A stretch of DNA of 64,000 bases from Nitrosopumilus sp. (GCA_965238275.1 OZ250186.1:1984001-2048000), one strand, 5' to 3'. Shown: positions 38,783 to 49,245, numbered from the stretch's first letter. Notes: generated from the sequence alone by a model not told the origin. Translations and numbers: made by a program.

Positions 38783-39700
38783 TTAGACTATGGTGCCGCT
38801 TCCAAGTATCCGGACGGTGGGGGATTCTGGTTTCAGGATTACCACTGTGTCTCCCGTCCGGCAGACCAGCGGCTTTTCAAACTCCAGCATTACCGGATTA
38901 ATGGATGAGAACCGCGCGGCCTTTACCTGCAGGCCCGCGCTCACAAGGCATCCCTGGTTCTGTGTGATTTCGCCCTTGTAGAACCTGTTGGGCGTAAAGT
39001 CAAGCGTGATTGCCATTTTAGTCTCCACTGCCCCCTCGGCGCACAGCACGTCCCCGCGTCCAATCTCGTCGGGCCGCACCCCCTTTACCGCAAGCCCCAC
39101 CCGGGCAGGGGAGACGGATTCCGGGGTGGGATCATCATGCATCTGAATCGACTTTATCAGGACGTCGTGCCCTCCGGGGTAGTGCCGGAGCGTGTCATAC
39201 TGTTTGATTCGGCCGGAGGTCACCTTTCCCAGCACCACTGTGCCCACCCCCCGGACATCAAAGCAGTGGTCAACTGTGACTATTGGCGGGCCGTCACAGG
39301 ATACCGGGCCCAGCTTGGTCATGGCGTCTCTCATCTGGTCCTGTTCAACCCGGACATATCCTTCCACGACTGTTCCCTTGATCATCGCATCAAGCCTTGA
39401 GCCGTCCACATCAAACGTGTGCGACAGGATTCCCTCGGTCTTGTTCAGCAGGTCAAGGGCGATTATCTGCTCTCCCGTAAACCTGTCCAGCGCATCCACG
39501 TGAAATATGACATACTCTGCCAGGTTGATTGCCTGGAGCAGGGGCTGTATCTTGTCCGGGAACCCGCTCGGGGTAACCCACGTCCTGATGGTGCCGGACT
39601 CTTTTCTGTCATACATGGAGAGATCCGTGACTGTCCCCTTTTTTCCAAACTCGGATGCAGTGTCCTGTTTGCCCAATACTACAAAGTTTACAGACTCCAC
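38783..39700 (-). CDS. SelB-like/EF-Tu domain 2 protein with a degenerate G domain
   Basis: VDH.F.V.GVGTV.LG.V..G, IKSIQ.HD and RVGLA.KG motifs. Probable GTG start at 39700. Confidence 0.85.
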   Translation of the reverse strand: MESVNFVVLGKQDTASEFGKKGTVTDLSMYDRKESGTIRTWVTPSGFPDKIQPLLQAINLAEYVIFHVDALDRFTGEQIIALDLLNKTEGILSHTFDVDGSRLDAMIKGTVVEGYVRVEQDQMRDAMTKLGPVSCDGPPIVTVDHCFDVRGVGTVVLGKVTSGRIKQYDTLRHYPGGHDVLIKSIQMHDDPTPESVSPARVGLAVKGVRPDEIGRGDVLCAEGAVETKMAITLDFTPNRFYKGEITQNQGCLVSAGLQVKAARFSSINPVMLEFEKPLVCRTGDTVVILKPESPTVRILGSGTIV

Positions 39701-39809
39701 AGGGGACGTGCCGGTGCACGACCTTATGAAGTTTTGAATCATGCGCCTGCAGGCCAGAAGAGTTGCAGATATCGGGTGCTGCTGCACGTGAAGATGGCCG
39801 GCCGGCCTG

Positions 39810-40550
39810 CTACCAGTCCACCATGTTGCGTAACCGCGCCGACACCACGCCGGCGTCATCACCGGGCACAGACACCACATACGGCGTGTTTGCGGGACGC
39901 CTCCCCTCAGAGACTGCAAATGTATCACCGCCACTATTCCACAGATACGCCACCGTACCACGCCCGACTGCAAATGCGGCCGCCTTGCCTGCACCATCAA
40001 ACCTGCTGCCGCCTGGCTCCAATGCACCAATATCATTTCGCGCCAGAAACAGTCTGACTGCCCGCACGTACGCCTCATGCTCCTTCAGTATGATGCGGTC
40101 AGACAGCGTATCCTCGGTGTCCCCGGGCATGACAGGCACTGCATCCTGCAGGATTATCCCCCCGGTGTCCACTCCTGCATCTGCCATGTGGACGGTGCAT
40201 CCGGAATACTTTACGCCGCCATCTACTACGGCCTGCCTCTGTGCATGCAGTCCTGGAAACAGCGGCAGCAGCGAGGGGTGTATGTTCATGACGTTGTATC
40301 TTTCTGTCACATGCGAGGGCAGAATCTTCATGAATCCTGCCATGCACACCAGCCCCGGATCAAGTGAGTCCAGCACAGATACGATGCCGTCCATAGCAGG
40401 CTCCACAACACATTCGATTCCCATATCCTGCGCAATTTTGATTCCGGCCGCACCAGGCACGTTACAGACTACTGCCTGCACGTCTACATTTTTGGCCAGA
40501 GACTCCATGTTGGAGCCGCGCCCGGATATCAAAACTACAATCCCAGTCAA
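39810..40550 (-). CDS. purN: Phosphoribosylglycinamide formyltransferase with a C-terminal extension
   Basis: VLISGRGSN, AGFMKIL, NIHPSLLP.FPG and GCTVH....VDTG.II motifs. Confidence 0.9.
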   Translation of the reverse strand: MTGIVVLISGRGSNMESLAKNVDVQAVVCNVPGAAGIKIAQDMGIECVVEPAMDGIVSVLDSLDPGLVCMAGFMKILPSHVTERYNVMNIHPSLLPLFPGLHAQRQAVVDGGVKYSGCTVHMADAGVDTGGIILQDAVPVMPGDTEDTLSDRIILKEHEAYVRAVRLFLARNDIGALEPGGSRFDGAGKAAAFAVGRGTVAYLWNSGGDTFAVSEGRRPANTPYVVSVPGDDAGVVSARLRNMVDW

Positions 40551-40785
40551 TTCAGACCGCCTGCTGCATTGCTCCCACAGGAACATGTCCTGACATGGCA
40601 TGCCCCGATACGCTTGAAACCAAACATGAAAAACGAATTACTGCCAAGGAGGATCGGATCAGCCTCTCTTCGGGGTTCTGTCCCACAGCACATGCAGACT
40701 CCCATGAACCAGCATTGCATGCACGGCTAAAAGATTCTTTGTGTCCGGGAGTGGTAACCGTACCGGTGCACCACCACCACCATCA

Positions 40786-41541
40786 TCATGGAAACGATTC
40801 CAGCACGGCAGCATAGCTTACAAACCTGTGATTCTCCGGCCGGACGCGTATTTGCCGGTACTTGGAGGAGACCGGCCTGCCTGCAGCACCGCAAAGGCCT
40901 AGCGGGCCGCGTATGTATCCCGTATCATTGGCATAATTGAGCACCTCGTCGGTAGGCGCGTAATGGTTGACTATCTTTTCAGACACGGCATCATCAAGAA
41001 TCCTGCCGTACTTTTCAGACGACGGGATCTGGTCAGAAATTGAGGCGCCAAACAGGTAGACGCTATTAACCGCAGGATTCTCCATCCTGCCTGCAAGATA
41101 CTCTAGCGTGCTGAGAATCACCTGGGAGCCCAGCGAGTGTCCCATTAGTCGTATCGCAGTGTTGGGGCTTGCACGCCTGAAATCCTCGATGAACCGGCCC
41201 AGATGGTACCCGTTCATCACGGCGATCTTTTGGCCGACCTCCAGTGCGGACTTTTCATGCTTTACCAGGTGGGCGCCGGTGGTGTTAGAGTCGTAGCTGA
41301 ACCCCACCACCGGAAAGTCATACCCGAGATGGTGTAGGCGCTCCCGGGCAATGACCGCCTTTTGAATCGCGCCGCGGCTGTCGTTTCTCAGCCCGTGAAT
41401 CATTATCGTGACCTCTGCAGAGCCCCTGAGGCCCTCAAAGTACCGCCTGGGGTACAGGTAGTATGCGTCGTCTTTGAGCCTCCGGCCCGTGGACAGATCA
41501 TAGTATCCCCTGGTGGAGATGCGCGGAATCCTCCTACTCAT
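40786..41541 (-). CDS. Alpha/beta hydrolase (DUF726/DUF900-like)
   Basis: IHG, GHSLG nucleophile elbow, D.VL and ENH motifs. Confidence 0.85.
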   Translation of the reverse strand: MSRRIPRISTRGYYDLSTGRRLKDDAYYLYPRRYFEGLRGSAEVTIMIHGLRNDSRGAIQKAVIARERLHHLGYDFPVVGFSYDSNTTGAHLVKHEKSALEVGQKIAVMNGYHLGRFIEDFRRASPNTAIRLMGHSLGSQVILSTLEYLAGRMENPAVNSVYLFGASISDQIPSSEKYGRILDDAVSEKIVNHYAPTDEVLNYANDTGYIRGPLGLCGAAGRPVSSKYRQIRVRPENHRFVSYAAVLESFP

Positions 41542-43193
41542 TGGTGTGATCCCAGATTCTTCTTGTACACTGCAACCTCAGACTCCTCTACCTTTGCAAA
41601 GAGGGGCGAGACGCTGCCCAGCGCGTGTCCGGGCTTTACTCCCAAGGAGGACATGCCATCCCACGTCGAATCCCCGACATTCCCGTCCAGTCCCAGCTGG
41701 TCCCATATCCTCTGGGCGCTCTCGGGAAGAAACGGCATTATGGCGATTGCCAGGCTCCGCACCGCGTTGACAGACAGAAACACGCAGTTGTTGGCGCCAT
41801 TGCCTCTCTTCCAGGGCTCCTTGTGCTGGAAGTACTGGTTGAAGAACGAGGAGAACTCCATTATTTTTTTCAGGGCCCGGTCCAGGTGGTTCTGCCTCAT
41901 GAGCATGCCCGTATCAGCGGCAAGGGATAAGATCTGTTTTTCTGCCTCGGCGTCCATCTCGTCAAAGGGCGTGGCCTCGGGGACTATTCCCCCAAAGGCC
42001 TTTTTGGTGAATCCAAGCGCCCGGTTGACGAGGTTTCCCAGGTTTCCGATAAGTTCCGAGTTGATTCGGACGGTAAAGTCGTCCCAGTCAAAGTTCAAGT
42101 CGTCCTGGGAGTACGGGTTGATGGAGACCAGGTAGAACCGCAGATAGTCAGCAGGATAGTACTTGAGAAACTCCTTTAGCCCGATGTACCAGTTCCTGCT
42201 CTTGGAGATCTTTTTTCCCTGGAGGGTCAGGTGGCCCCGGGTGGGGATGTAGTCGGGCAGCTTGTACTCGCCGTTAATCCCCAGCCTCATTGCAGGCAGG
42301 AACAGGTAGTGGTGGTATGCTATGTCCTTGCCGATAAAGTGGTAAATGTCTGCAGAGTTCCAGAATTTTTTTCCGTCAATTCCCCGGTCGTTGAGAAACT
42401 TTACCGCAGTGGAGATGTATGCCAGGTGGTTGTCAAACCACCCATAGAACACCTTGCCCCTCGCAGAATCAAGGGGGACCGGAACGCCCCACGGGATGTC
42501 CCGGGTGATGTCCCAGTCGATGAGCCCGGACTTTATCCAGTTCTGGACATATTTTTTGACGTCCTTTTGGAGGTGCTCGTTGCCATCAAGCCATTTGGAC
42601 AACGAGTCTCCAAAGTCCCGGAGCCGGAAGAAGTAATGGGTGGTCTTTCTCTTGGTGGGGGGCTGGCAGCATATGGAGCATCTGGGATCGGCTATCTCGT
42701 CGGGCACGCGCCCGCAGCTCTCGCAGAGATCAGAGTATTGGTCGTGCGCATCGCAGTACGGGCAGGTTCCCTGGACGTACCTGTCAGGCAGGAATTTTTT
42801 GTCGTGCTCACAGTAGAACTGTATTATCTCCTGCTCGTAGATGTATCCTGCATCGTTGAGCTTGCGAAACACGTCCTGGACGAATTCGATGTTCTCAGGC
42901 GAGCTGGTCCTGTAAAAGTAGTCAAAGTTTATGTTGAATGCGGCAAAGTCCTCAGAGTCGCGCCTGTTCCAGTGGGCGACATACTCTGCAGGGGTCTTTC
43001 CCTCCTTTTCGGACTGGATCAGTATCGGGGTTCCAAAGTCGTCAGAGGCGCAGATGTAGTATGCGTCGACCCCGTTGAGCTTGAGAAACCGCGTCGTGAC
43101 GTCTGCGGGAAGGTACGTGGATGCGACATGCCCCAGGTGTATCTCCCCGTTGGAGTAGGGGAGTGCGCTTGTGATGATTGCCTTTTCTGTCAA
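41538..43193 (-). CDS. metG: Methionyl-tRNA synthetase
   Basis: ALPY.NG..HLGH, Zn knuckles, ITRD..WG.PVP, FIGKDI and K.SKS motifs. Confidence 0.96.
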   Translation of the reverse strand: MTEKAIITSALPYSNGEIHLGHVASTYLPADVTTRFLKLNGVDAYYICASDDFGTPILIQSEKEGKTPAEYVAHWNRRDSEDFAAFNINFDYFYRTSSPENIEFVQDVFRKLNDAGYIYEQEIIQFYCEHDKKFLPDRYVQGTCPYCDAHDQYSDLCESCGRVPDEIADPRCSICCQPPTKRKTTHYFFRLRDFGDSLSKWLDGNEHLQKDVKKYVQNWIKSGLIDWDITRDIPWGVPVPLDSARGKVFYGWFDNHLAYISTAVKFLNDRGIDGKKFWNSADIYHFIGKDIAYHHYLFLPAMRLGINGEYKLPDYIPTRGHLTLQGKKISKSRNWYIGLKEFLKYYPADYLRFYLVSINPYSQDDLNFDWDDFTVRINSELIGNLGNLVNRALGFTKKAFGGIVPEATPFDEMDAEAEKQILSLAADTGMLMRQNHLDRALKKIMEFSSFFNQYFQHKEPWKRGNGANNCVFLSVNAVRSLAIAIMPFLPESAQRIWDQLGLDGNVGDSTWDGMSSLGVKPGHALGSVSPLFAKVEESEVAVYKKNLGSHQ

Positions 43194-43241
43194 TATGGGG
43201 GGGGTAAGTCAGGCTAATCTTAATAGTGTACGGTTATCGGA

Positions 43242-44454
43242 GGGTGTGTCCTAGAGACATATACCCCCGGATGACAAAAGATATGGATCGGCAGATCACG
43301 GCATCGCCTAATGACTACAAAGAAACGCGATCAACGACAATACGATTTGGTTCAGCAGTACCTGTCTGGTCTCATGCTGAATACCGTGCTGGGAATAATC
43401 AAGGAGCTTGGGAATCCGTACGCCGTCAGGCCCGGCCTGGGCGGCATGACTGCATATCCGCCTGGCGCCATGGCAGCTGTCTGCATCATGCTTGAGGCAC
43501 AGCGCACGACCTACCGTAAGATGGTCGGCATTCTCCGGAATAACGGCACCATGGCAGGTAAGATGGGCCTGGACCGGATTCCCTCCAAGAGCACGATAGC
43601 GCGCGCCTACGGTCTGATCCCGGAATGGTATCTGGCAGAGGCACACCGGATTGCCATCAGGGAGGTGGAGGCAGGCTCCCTGGCAGCAGACAGCACCGGA
43701 TACTCGTACCTGCGGTTTGTCAGGTGGCTTGACGTCAGGACCGACAGTTTTCGCACCAGGAAGGGATGGGTCAAACTGCACGCAATCGTGGATATCCGCA
43801 CCAGGGTGATAATCGACTGCATGGTGACAGACAGCGCGGTGGCAGACATAAACGGGTTGTATGTGATGCTCTGCAGGCTAAGCCGGGGCACCGGCGACTT
43901 TTGCCTGGATTCTGCGTACCTGGCAAGGCTCATGTGCAACATGATATCTGCCATGGGAATGGTGCCCCGCATCAAGCCAAAGTCCAACACCGTACGCAAC
44001 GCCAAGGGAAGCCAGTCGTGGCGCGAGATGGTGAGCCTGTACATGGATGATCGGGACAAATTTGATTCGCAGTACCACCAGCGGAGCATCATCGAGGCAG
44101 TCTTTGCCGCCCTCAAGAAGATGTACGGGGATGGCACCAGATGCCGAAAACACGAGAACCGGGCAAATGAGGTTGCGATCCGCATCATGTGCTACAACGT
44201 CGAGCTCGTGGCCAGATTGCAGGCAAAAGACGGTAGGCTCACACAGGATCAAATCGCGATACTTGCAGCGTAACCGGCGCGTCTTGACACGCGCCTCCTA
44301 GCGGAGCCTCCGCACAGCGTCTTGGATTTGGGGGATTTTATGGGTTGTGGGGGATCGACGGTGCTGCACTGTTGATGCCGACGGGTTCTGGCACCAATCG
44401 TGTCTTTGACATCTTGGCACATGGGATGGCATTTTTTATTACTAGGACACACCC
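43242..44454 (+). mobile_element. IS5-family (IS903-like) element, 1213 bp
   Basis: Perfect 13-bp TIR GGGTGTGTCCTAG (43242-43254 and 44442-44454). 9-bp TSD GTTATCGGA at 43233-43241 and 44455-44463. Confidence 0.92.
43311..44273 (+). CDS. IS5/IS4-superfamily DDE transposase
   Basis: DSTG, W.KLH..VD, DSAY and YHQRS..E..F...K motifs. Confidence 0.92.
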   Translation: MTTKKRDQRQYDLVQQYLSGLMLNTVLGIIKELGNPYAVRPGLGGMTAYPPGAMAAVCIMLEAQRTTYRKMVGILRNNGTMAGKMGLDRIPSKSTIARAYGLIPEWYLAEAHRIAIREVEAGSLAADSTGYSYLRFVRWLDVRTDSFRTRKGWVKLHAIVDIRTRVIIDCMVTDSAVADINGLYVMLCRLSRGTGDFCLDSAYLARLMCNMISAMGMVPRIKPKSNTVRNAKGSQSWREMVSLYMDDRDKFDSQYHQRSIIEAVFAALKKMYGDGTRCRKHENRANEVAIRIMCYNVELVARLQAKDGRLTQDQIAILAA

Positions 44455-44505
44455 GTTATCGGACATGTGCCTTCCCAGGATACTCCCAACGTTGAGCAGG
44501 GCTGG

Positions 44506-45219
44506 TCATTGGAATAGTGGGGGCATCGTGGTGCTTGGAGGGATGTTTTCCAAGACGTTCTCCAATTCATCCAGCTCCATCGCCCCGTATTCCATCATCT
44601 TCCCTAGCCACTTCAGTGAATCGTTTTCCATGGCATCCCTGCAAATGAACAGGGGCCTGCCCAGTCTCAGCGTCTCCCAGCAGTGGTGCATGGAGCCGCT
44701 TGATTCCCCCGCTTCCACCACTATCGTTCCATCAGAGATTAATGCCATTGTCCTGTTCCGCAGCACAAAGTCTCTTGGCCTAGTGGCGTGATCAACCGGA
44801 TACTGTGAAACTGCCAGGTGATCTTTCATGATTGTCTCTTGTAGCCCAGAGTTCTCCTTGGGGTACGCCCGGTTCAGAGGAGTCCCAAGGACTGCAATCG
44901 TACTGCCCCCATATGCCATGGCAGCGGTGTGGGCCGCTGTGTCAATTCCTCTTGCAAGTCCGCTCACGATGGCTATCTTGTTTTTAGTGAGAAACCGGAC
45001 AATGTTCTTGGTTTCCAGAAGTCCCGTCTCCGATGCCCTCCTAGAACCTATAACAGAGATCCGGGAAGATGATAGGGGAATCTCCATTGGTCCAACGCAA
45101 TACAATATTTTTGGGGCAAATTTTGTTTCAATATCGTTTAGCGGGTGTCCCAGTAGTGTTTCTACCTGAATGGACGTGTGTGCAGACTTTATACCCATGT
45201 CAATCCCACGTGACTGCAC
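44506..45219 (-). CDS. DprA/Smf-family protein (Rossmann core only)
   Basis: IGSR.AS..G, VSGLARGIDTAAH, TIAVLGT, RNR...LIS..T.VVEA...SGS motifs. Confidence 0.9.
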   Translation of the reverse strand: MQSRGIDMGIKSAHTSIQVETLLGHPLNDIETKFAPKILYCVGPMEIPLSSSRISVIGSRRASETGLLETKNIVRFLTKNKIAIVSGLARGIDTAAHTAAMAYGGSTIAVLGTPLNRAYPKENSGLQETIMKDHLAVSQYPVDHATRPRDFVLRNRTMALISDGTIVVEAGESSGSMHHCWETLRLGRPLFICRDAMENDSLKWLGKMMEYGAMELDELENVLENIPPSTTMPPLFQ

Positions 45220-45270
45220 TGCTTCATTTATGTCTCATATTGGATTCCATGTTATATCCATGTTGTGTAA

Positions 45271-45550
45271 TTTTGTAATTAGTTCTACCCAATTGTTGTT
45301 CCCATCTTGGTAACTCTTACAGATACTCACGACTACCTCACCCACACTACTGTATTTTCGCTGGATTGTGCCTCTGCACGATGCATTTTGTCGGTTTGGT
45401 CATCCATTCATTTTGTAATTAGTTCTACCCAATTGTTGTTCCCATCTTGGTAACTCTTACAGATACTCACGACTACCTCACCCACACTACTGTATTTTCG
45501 CTGGATTGTGCCTCTGCACGATGCATTTTGTCGGTTTGGTCATCCATTCA
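45271..45550. repeat. Perfect 140-bp tandem duplication
   Basis: 45271-45410 appears identical to 45411-45550. Confidence 0.93.
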
Positions 45551-45565
45551 GATTACACTGCATCA

Positions 45566-46489
45566 TCATGGAGTACCGATGCGGGCGTACGAGCCATCAG
45601 ACACCATTATGTCAGGGAATAGTCCTGGCCGGATTATCCTAGTTAGTATCTCCAGGCCGTCAACTGTTCTTGGGCCGGACTTGCTGAAGAACGAATCCGC
45701 ATCAACTGCAAACACGTTGTTGCCCCTTACCGCCCTGAGCGTGCGCCACGTCCGGTCATCCCTCAGAGATTCATACTCTGAAACGGTCCTGCCTGTATCA
45801 AAGCCGCACGGCATCAAAATTATGATGTCGGGGTCCGCCCTGGCCGCCTCTGCGACATCCATCTGTCTGGAGTATTCGCCGGCCCTGCTTACCATGTTCT
45901 GCCCGCCTGCAATCTCGACCATCTCGGGAACCCAGTGGCCCGCGGTAAAGAGGGGCTCAATCCATTCTATCGCAAGGACCCTTGGCCGCTCAGGGTTTGG
46001 CACGCCGCCGGCAATCCTGTCAATCCTGGCCTGGAGGGCGCGCGTGACCTCTGACGCCCTTGCAGGCACCCCCAGAATTTCTCCCAGTTCGGTCACCGAA
46101 TCAAGTATGTCCGAAAGGCTGTGGGGATCCATGGAATAAACGGTAGGCCTCCTTGCAAGGATTCGGAGTGCGTCATCCAGGTGGCCGGTGTGTGCCGCAC
46201 ACGCCTCGCATGTCTCCTGGGATATGATAACATCAGGCCGTGCTTCCCTGAGCACCTCCTCGTCGATCCGAAAGATCTCCTGGCGCTGGTTTATCAGGTT
46301 GTACGTTGCAGCATTAATCTGGCTGCTGGTCATACCATCAGGGTTGATTGCAGAACTTATCACCCTGGGTTTTGCAGCAGCCTCCGGGGGATACCTGCAT
46401 TCGTGGGTAACCCCGAATATTTGATCCCCGAGGCCAAGCTCGTACAGGATCTCGGTGGCGCCGGGCACCAGCGAGACTACTCTTTGCAT
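45566..46489 (-). CDS. BtuF-like cobalamin/iron ABC substrate-binding protein
   Basis: RVVSL.P.ATE.LY.LG, GVTHEC.YP, EW..P...AGHW.P and GPR.VDG.E motifs. Confidence 0.88.
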   Translation of the reverse strand: MQRVVSLVPGATEILYELGLGDQIFGVTHECRYPPEAAAKPRVISSAINPDGMTSSQINAATYNLINQRQEIFRIDEEVLREARPDVIISQETCEACAAHTGHLDDALRILARRPTVYSMDPHSLSDILDSVTELGEILGVPARASEVTRALQARIDRIAGGVPNPERPRVLAIEWIEPLFTAGHWVPEMVEIAGGQNMVSRAGEYSRQMDVAEAARADPDIIILMPCGFDTGRTVSEYESLRDDRTWRTLRAVRGNNVFAVDADSFFSKSGPRTVDGLEILTRIIRPGLFPDIMVSDGSYARIGTP

Positions 46490-46578
46490 GCCTTTGCTGG
46501 CTGCAGTCTCCCTCTTAAAAATATCATCTCCCGAAATGATTCGGCAGATTAATACGCATAATCCAGGCATGTACTGCG

Positions 46579-47739
46579 ATGCGTTCGGACTCCCAGAGAA
46601 TACGCCGTGCAATCCTGGAAGAATGGCACAGGAACATGTCCAAAAACAGGGATCTCTTCTCGTCAGACTCTGTCAGCGGAGCAAGCCCGCCGTCAGTCTT
46701 TGTGGGATCATACAACTATCCCAAGGTCTTTGTGGGTCCGATGGTGCCGCCGGCCCACGGGGATACAAGCCTGCTGGACAGCCCGGAACGGTGGAAGGGA
46801 AAGACCCTGGAAGAAATAGTCAACTTTAGGCTGAGCCTGGTTCGCGGAATAAAGCCTGTCCCGGTGCAGCAGACCGAGGGGCGTTACGTTGAGAGCCTTC
46901 AGGAGGTTGCAATGGCATCGCGGCCCACCGACTCTGACCTGTCATTTAGCAGGCCGGTATCCTCATCTGGAATCTCAATCGACGGGGAGAGCGCCCCGTT
47001 TGGCCCCGCAGGCAGGATAGAATCTGCAAGGTTTTCAGGGGTGTCCCCCGTCAGGCAGATTGAGAAGGCATTCTATGACGGCGACCTCAAGGCACAGGAT
47101 GCAGTCATGAACCTGTACGGTTCGGGAGTCGAGATATCCAGGATTCAAAGGTGCCTCAGCATCGGGATGCTCGGCATGAAGCGGAGGCTTGTTCCCACCA
47201 AGTGGAGCATCACTGCGACTGACGATATGATCTCGTCTGCGCTTGTCGAGGACGTCCTGGAGTACCCCCTGATTGACTCGTGCAGGGTGTTTTCCTTTGA
47301 GCACCTGGGAAACGTCTTTGCAGTCATACTGTTCCCGCGCAGGTGGCTCTACGAGATGATCGAGGCATGGCACTCTGACGGGACCGTCGGGTTCGGCTCC
47401 GACTCCGAGGATGCGCGCGGGATAGGCCATCCGCCTGCCATAGACGGCGCCTATTTTGCGGCAAAACTGGGGGTTGCAGAGTACCTGCACCGGAACGGGA
47501 TCCAGGCAGGCGCCGTGATCCTAAGGGAGATCAGGCCAGAGTACGCAATACCTGTGGGCGTATGGCAGGTCAGGGAGGGAGTCCGCCAGGCCATGAGGCA
47601 GGAACCGGCAATTGCAGGTAGCCTTGGCCACGGGCTGCTTTTGGCATCTGAAAGGACCAGCATCAGCAAGACAGAATGGCTCCGGCACGGCAGCATCTCG
47701 GGACTGGTCAGGCAGAAGGTCCTGTCAGACTTTTTCTAG
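46579..47739 (+). CDS. Nre-family DNA repair protein
   Basis: SPPSVFVG..NYPKV..GP, RRLVPT.WSITA.DD, PVGVWQVRE and a C-terminal PIP box Q..LSDFF. Confidence 0.9.
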   Translation: MRSDSQRIRRAILEEWHRNMSKNRDLFSSDSVSGASPPSVFVGSYNYPKVFVGPMVPPAHGDTSLLDSPERWKGKTLEEIVNFRLSLVRGIKPVPVQQTEGRYVESLQEVAMASRPTDSDLSFSRPVSSSGISIDGESAPFGPAGRIESARFSGVSPVRQIEKAFYDGDLKAQDAVMNLYGSGVEISRIQRCLSIGMLGMKRRLVPTKWSITATDDMISSALVEDVLEYPLIDSCRVFSFEHLGNVFAVILFPRRWLYEMIEAWHSDGTVGFGSDSEDARGIGHPPAIDGAYFAAKLGVAEYLHRNGIQAGAVILREIRPEYAIPVGVWQVREGVRQAMRQEPAIAGSLGHGLLLASERTSISKTEWLRHGSISGLVRQKVLSDFF

Positions 47740-48180
47740 GATGTGCCGGGGAGGTATTACAGGGTAATGTTTTGGTAGGCATTTTTGGGTATTGTCAGCG
47801 CGATCCCGTGAAAAATGCATGTTATCAACGAGGTTTTTGCCGGCTTTTTATGCTCTCCATGTCTCTTAGGGCATGGCCGACCAGCCACTTCACGTCGTCT
47901 GCCGTGACATCCATTACGTCTTTAGCCAGATACAAAGAACCCGAGTGATTCTTCACAAACGTTGCGGCGCAATCTTCGTTGTTGTCGATCCCACACATGG
48001 TTTTGAATCTGGTCCAGCCCGCACAGTCCAGAATTCCACAACACAAACGCGCATGCAGTTACAACCACCAGTGCCGACCTAAAAATAAATCCCCGTGTTG
48101 CTATAACTAATTTTATATGCCGAGTTGGTAGTAATTGTGAGGGATAGGGTGATGCCGCATGGGAGTTAAAGAAAGGGTAC

Positions 48181-49245
48181 TATACCAGCAAACAAAATTT
48201 CAGGGGATTGTAAAATATTTTTTCCACGTGCAGGGTTATGCTCATTCCAAATGGTATAATCAATGAAGATCAAGACGATGCTGAAAAGATACGCCGCTGA
48301 GAATGACTGCAATGTCAAGGACCGCATGATGCTGATCATTAGAATCCAACGTGACGGAATAACCATAAGGGATTCTGCAAAATCTCTGGGAAAGTCAGCC
48401 TCGTGGGGCTACAAGTGGCATGAGCGCTACCTGGAAGTGGGATTTGACAGGCTGGCTGACATGCCACGCTCCGGCAGGCCCACTATGGTGAGCAAGGCAG
48501 ACTTGAAGAGGATCCGAAAGAACGCATGCAGGAAGACGGTATGGACGGGTAGGGAGATGCAGGAATACATCCAACAGCAAACCGGAGTAAAATACAATCT
48601 CATACACGTACGCTACATACTGCGGAGCTGGGGTTATTCCCAGAAGGTTCCGGTGGGAAGACACGCAAACAGGGCCCCTGACGATGAGATCAGGGAATTC
48701 CAAAAGGCGATGCCGGACATTATAAAAAAAAGAACAGTGAAGGGGCAGTCGTAGCGATACAGGACGAGTCCATAGTAATCTCCGATGCGCGGCCGCGAAA
48801 ACGCGGCTACACCAGGAAGGGAATACGGGCGTTTTACACGTACACGGGCTCACACTCCAAGACGATACTCTACGGCCTGATCACCACGGACGGCAGGGGG
48901 ATGTTCAGACAGTACGACAAGTTCAACCAGCATGCCTTTGCAGATTTTTTGATGCAGGCAGTATACAAGTTCAAAAAGATCTGCCTGATCATGGACAAGG
49001 CCTCCCAGCACAGGGCAACAAAGATACGCGAACTGGTTGAGAGAACAGACGGCCTGGAGATAATCTTTCTGCCGACTGCAACCCCTGACCTGAGCGCCAT
49101 AGAGACGTACTGGCGGGATCTCAAGCGGGCAGTCCTTGACGTGTCATACACCAGCCTGCGTATGCTCCGCGAGGCGATCACCAGGTACACGAGGTACAAA
49201 AAACCAAATCTGGTCGTTGAAAATTTCCTGTACCGGGTTATCTGA
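48181..49245 (+). mobile_element. IS630-family element, transposase in two frames (48263-48754 and about 48727-49245)
   Basis: HTH with R.GRP, then QDES, MDKASQH and P...PDL..IE..W..LK motifs. An A8G run lies at 48724-48732 in the overlap. TA-flanked imperfect ends near 48181 and 49240 are approximate. Confidence 0.88.

Noticed and set aside
38783-39700. Selenocysteine incorporation system
   Set aside because: This is a SelB-like paralog without an intact P-loop. No selD, tRNA-Sec or TGA-interrupted selenoprotein is visible.
45271-45550. CRISPR array
   Set aside because: Only two long identical units, with no spacers and no cas genes.
47825-48080. Possible transposase or gene remnant
   Set aside because: No recognisable motif could be supported in any frame.
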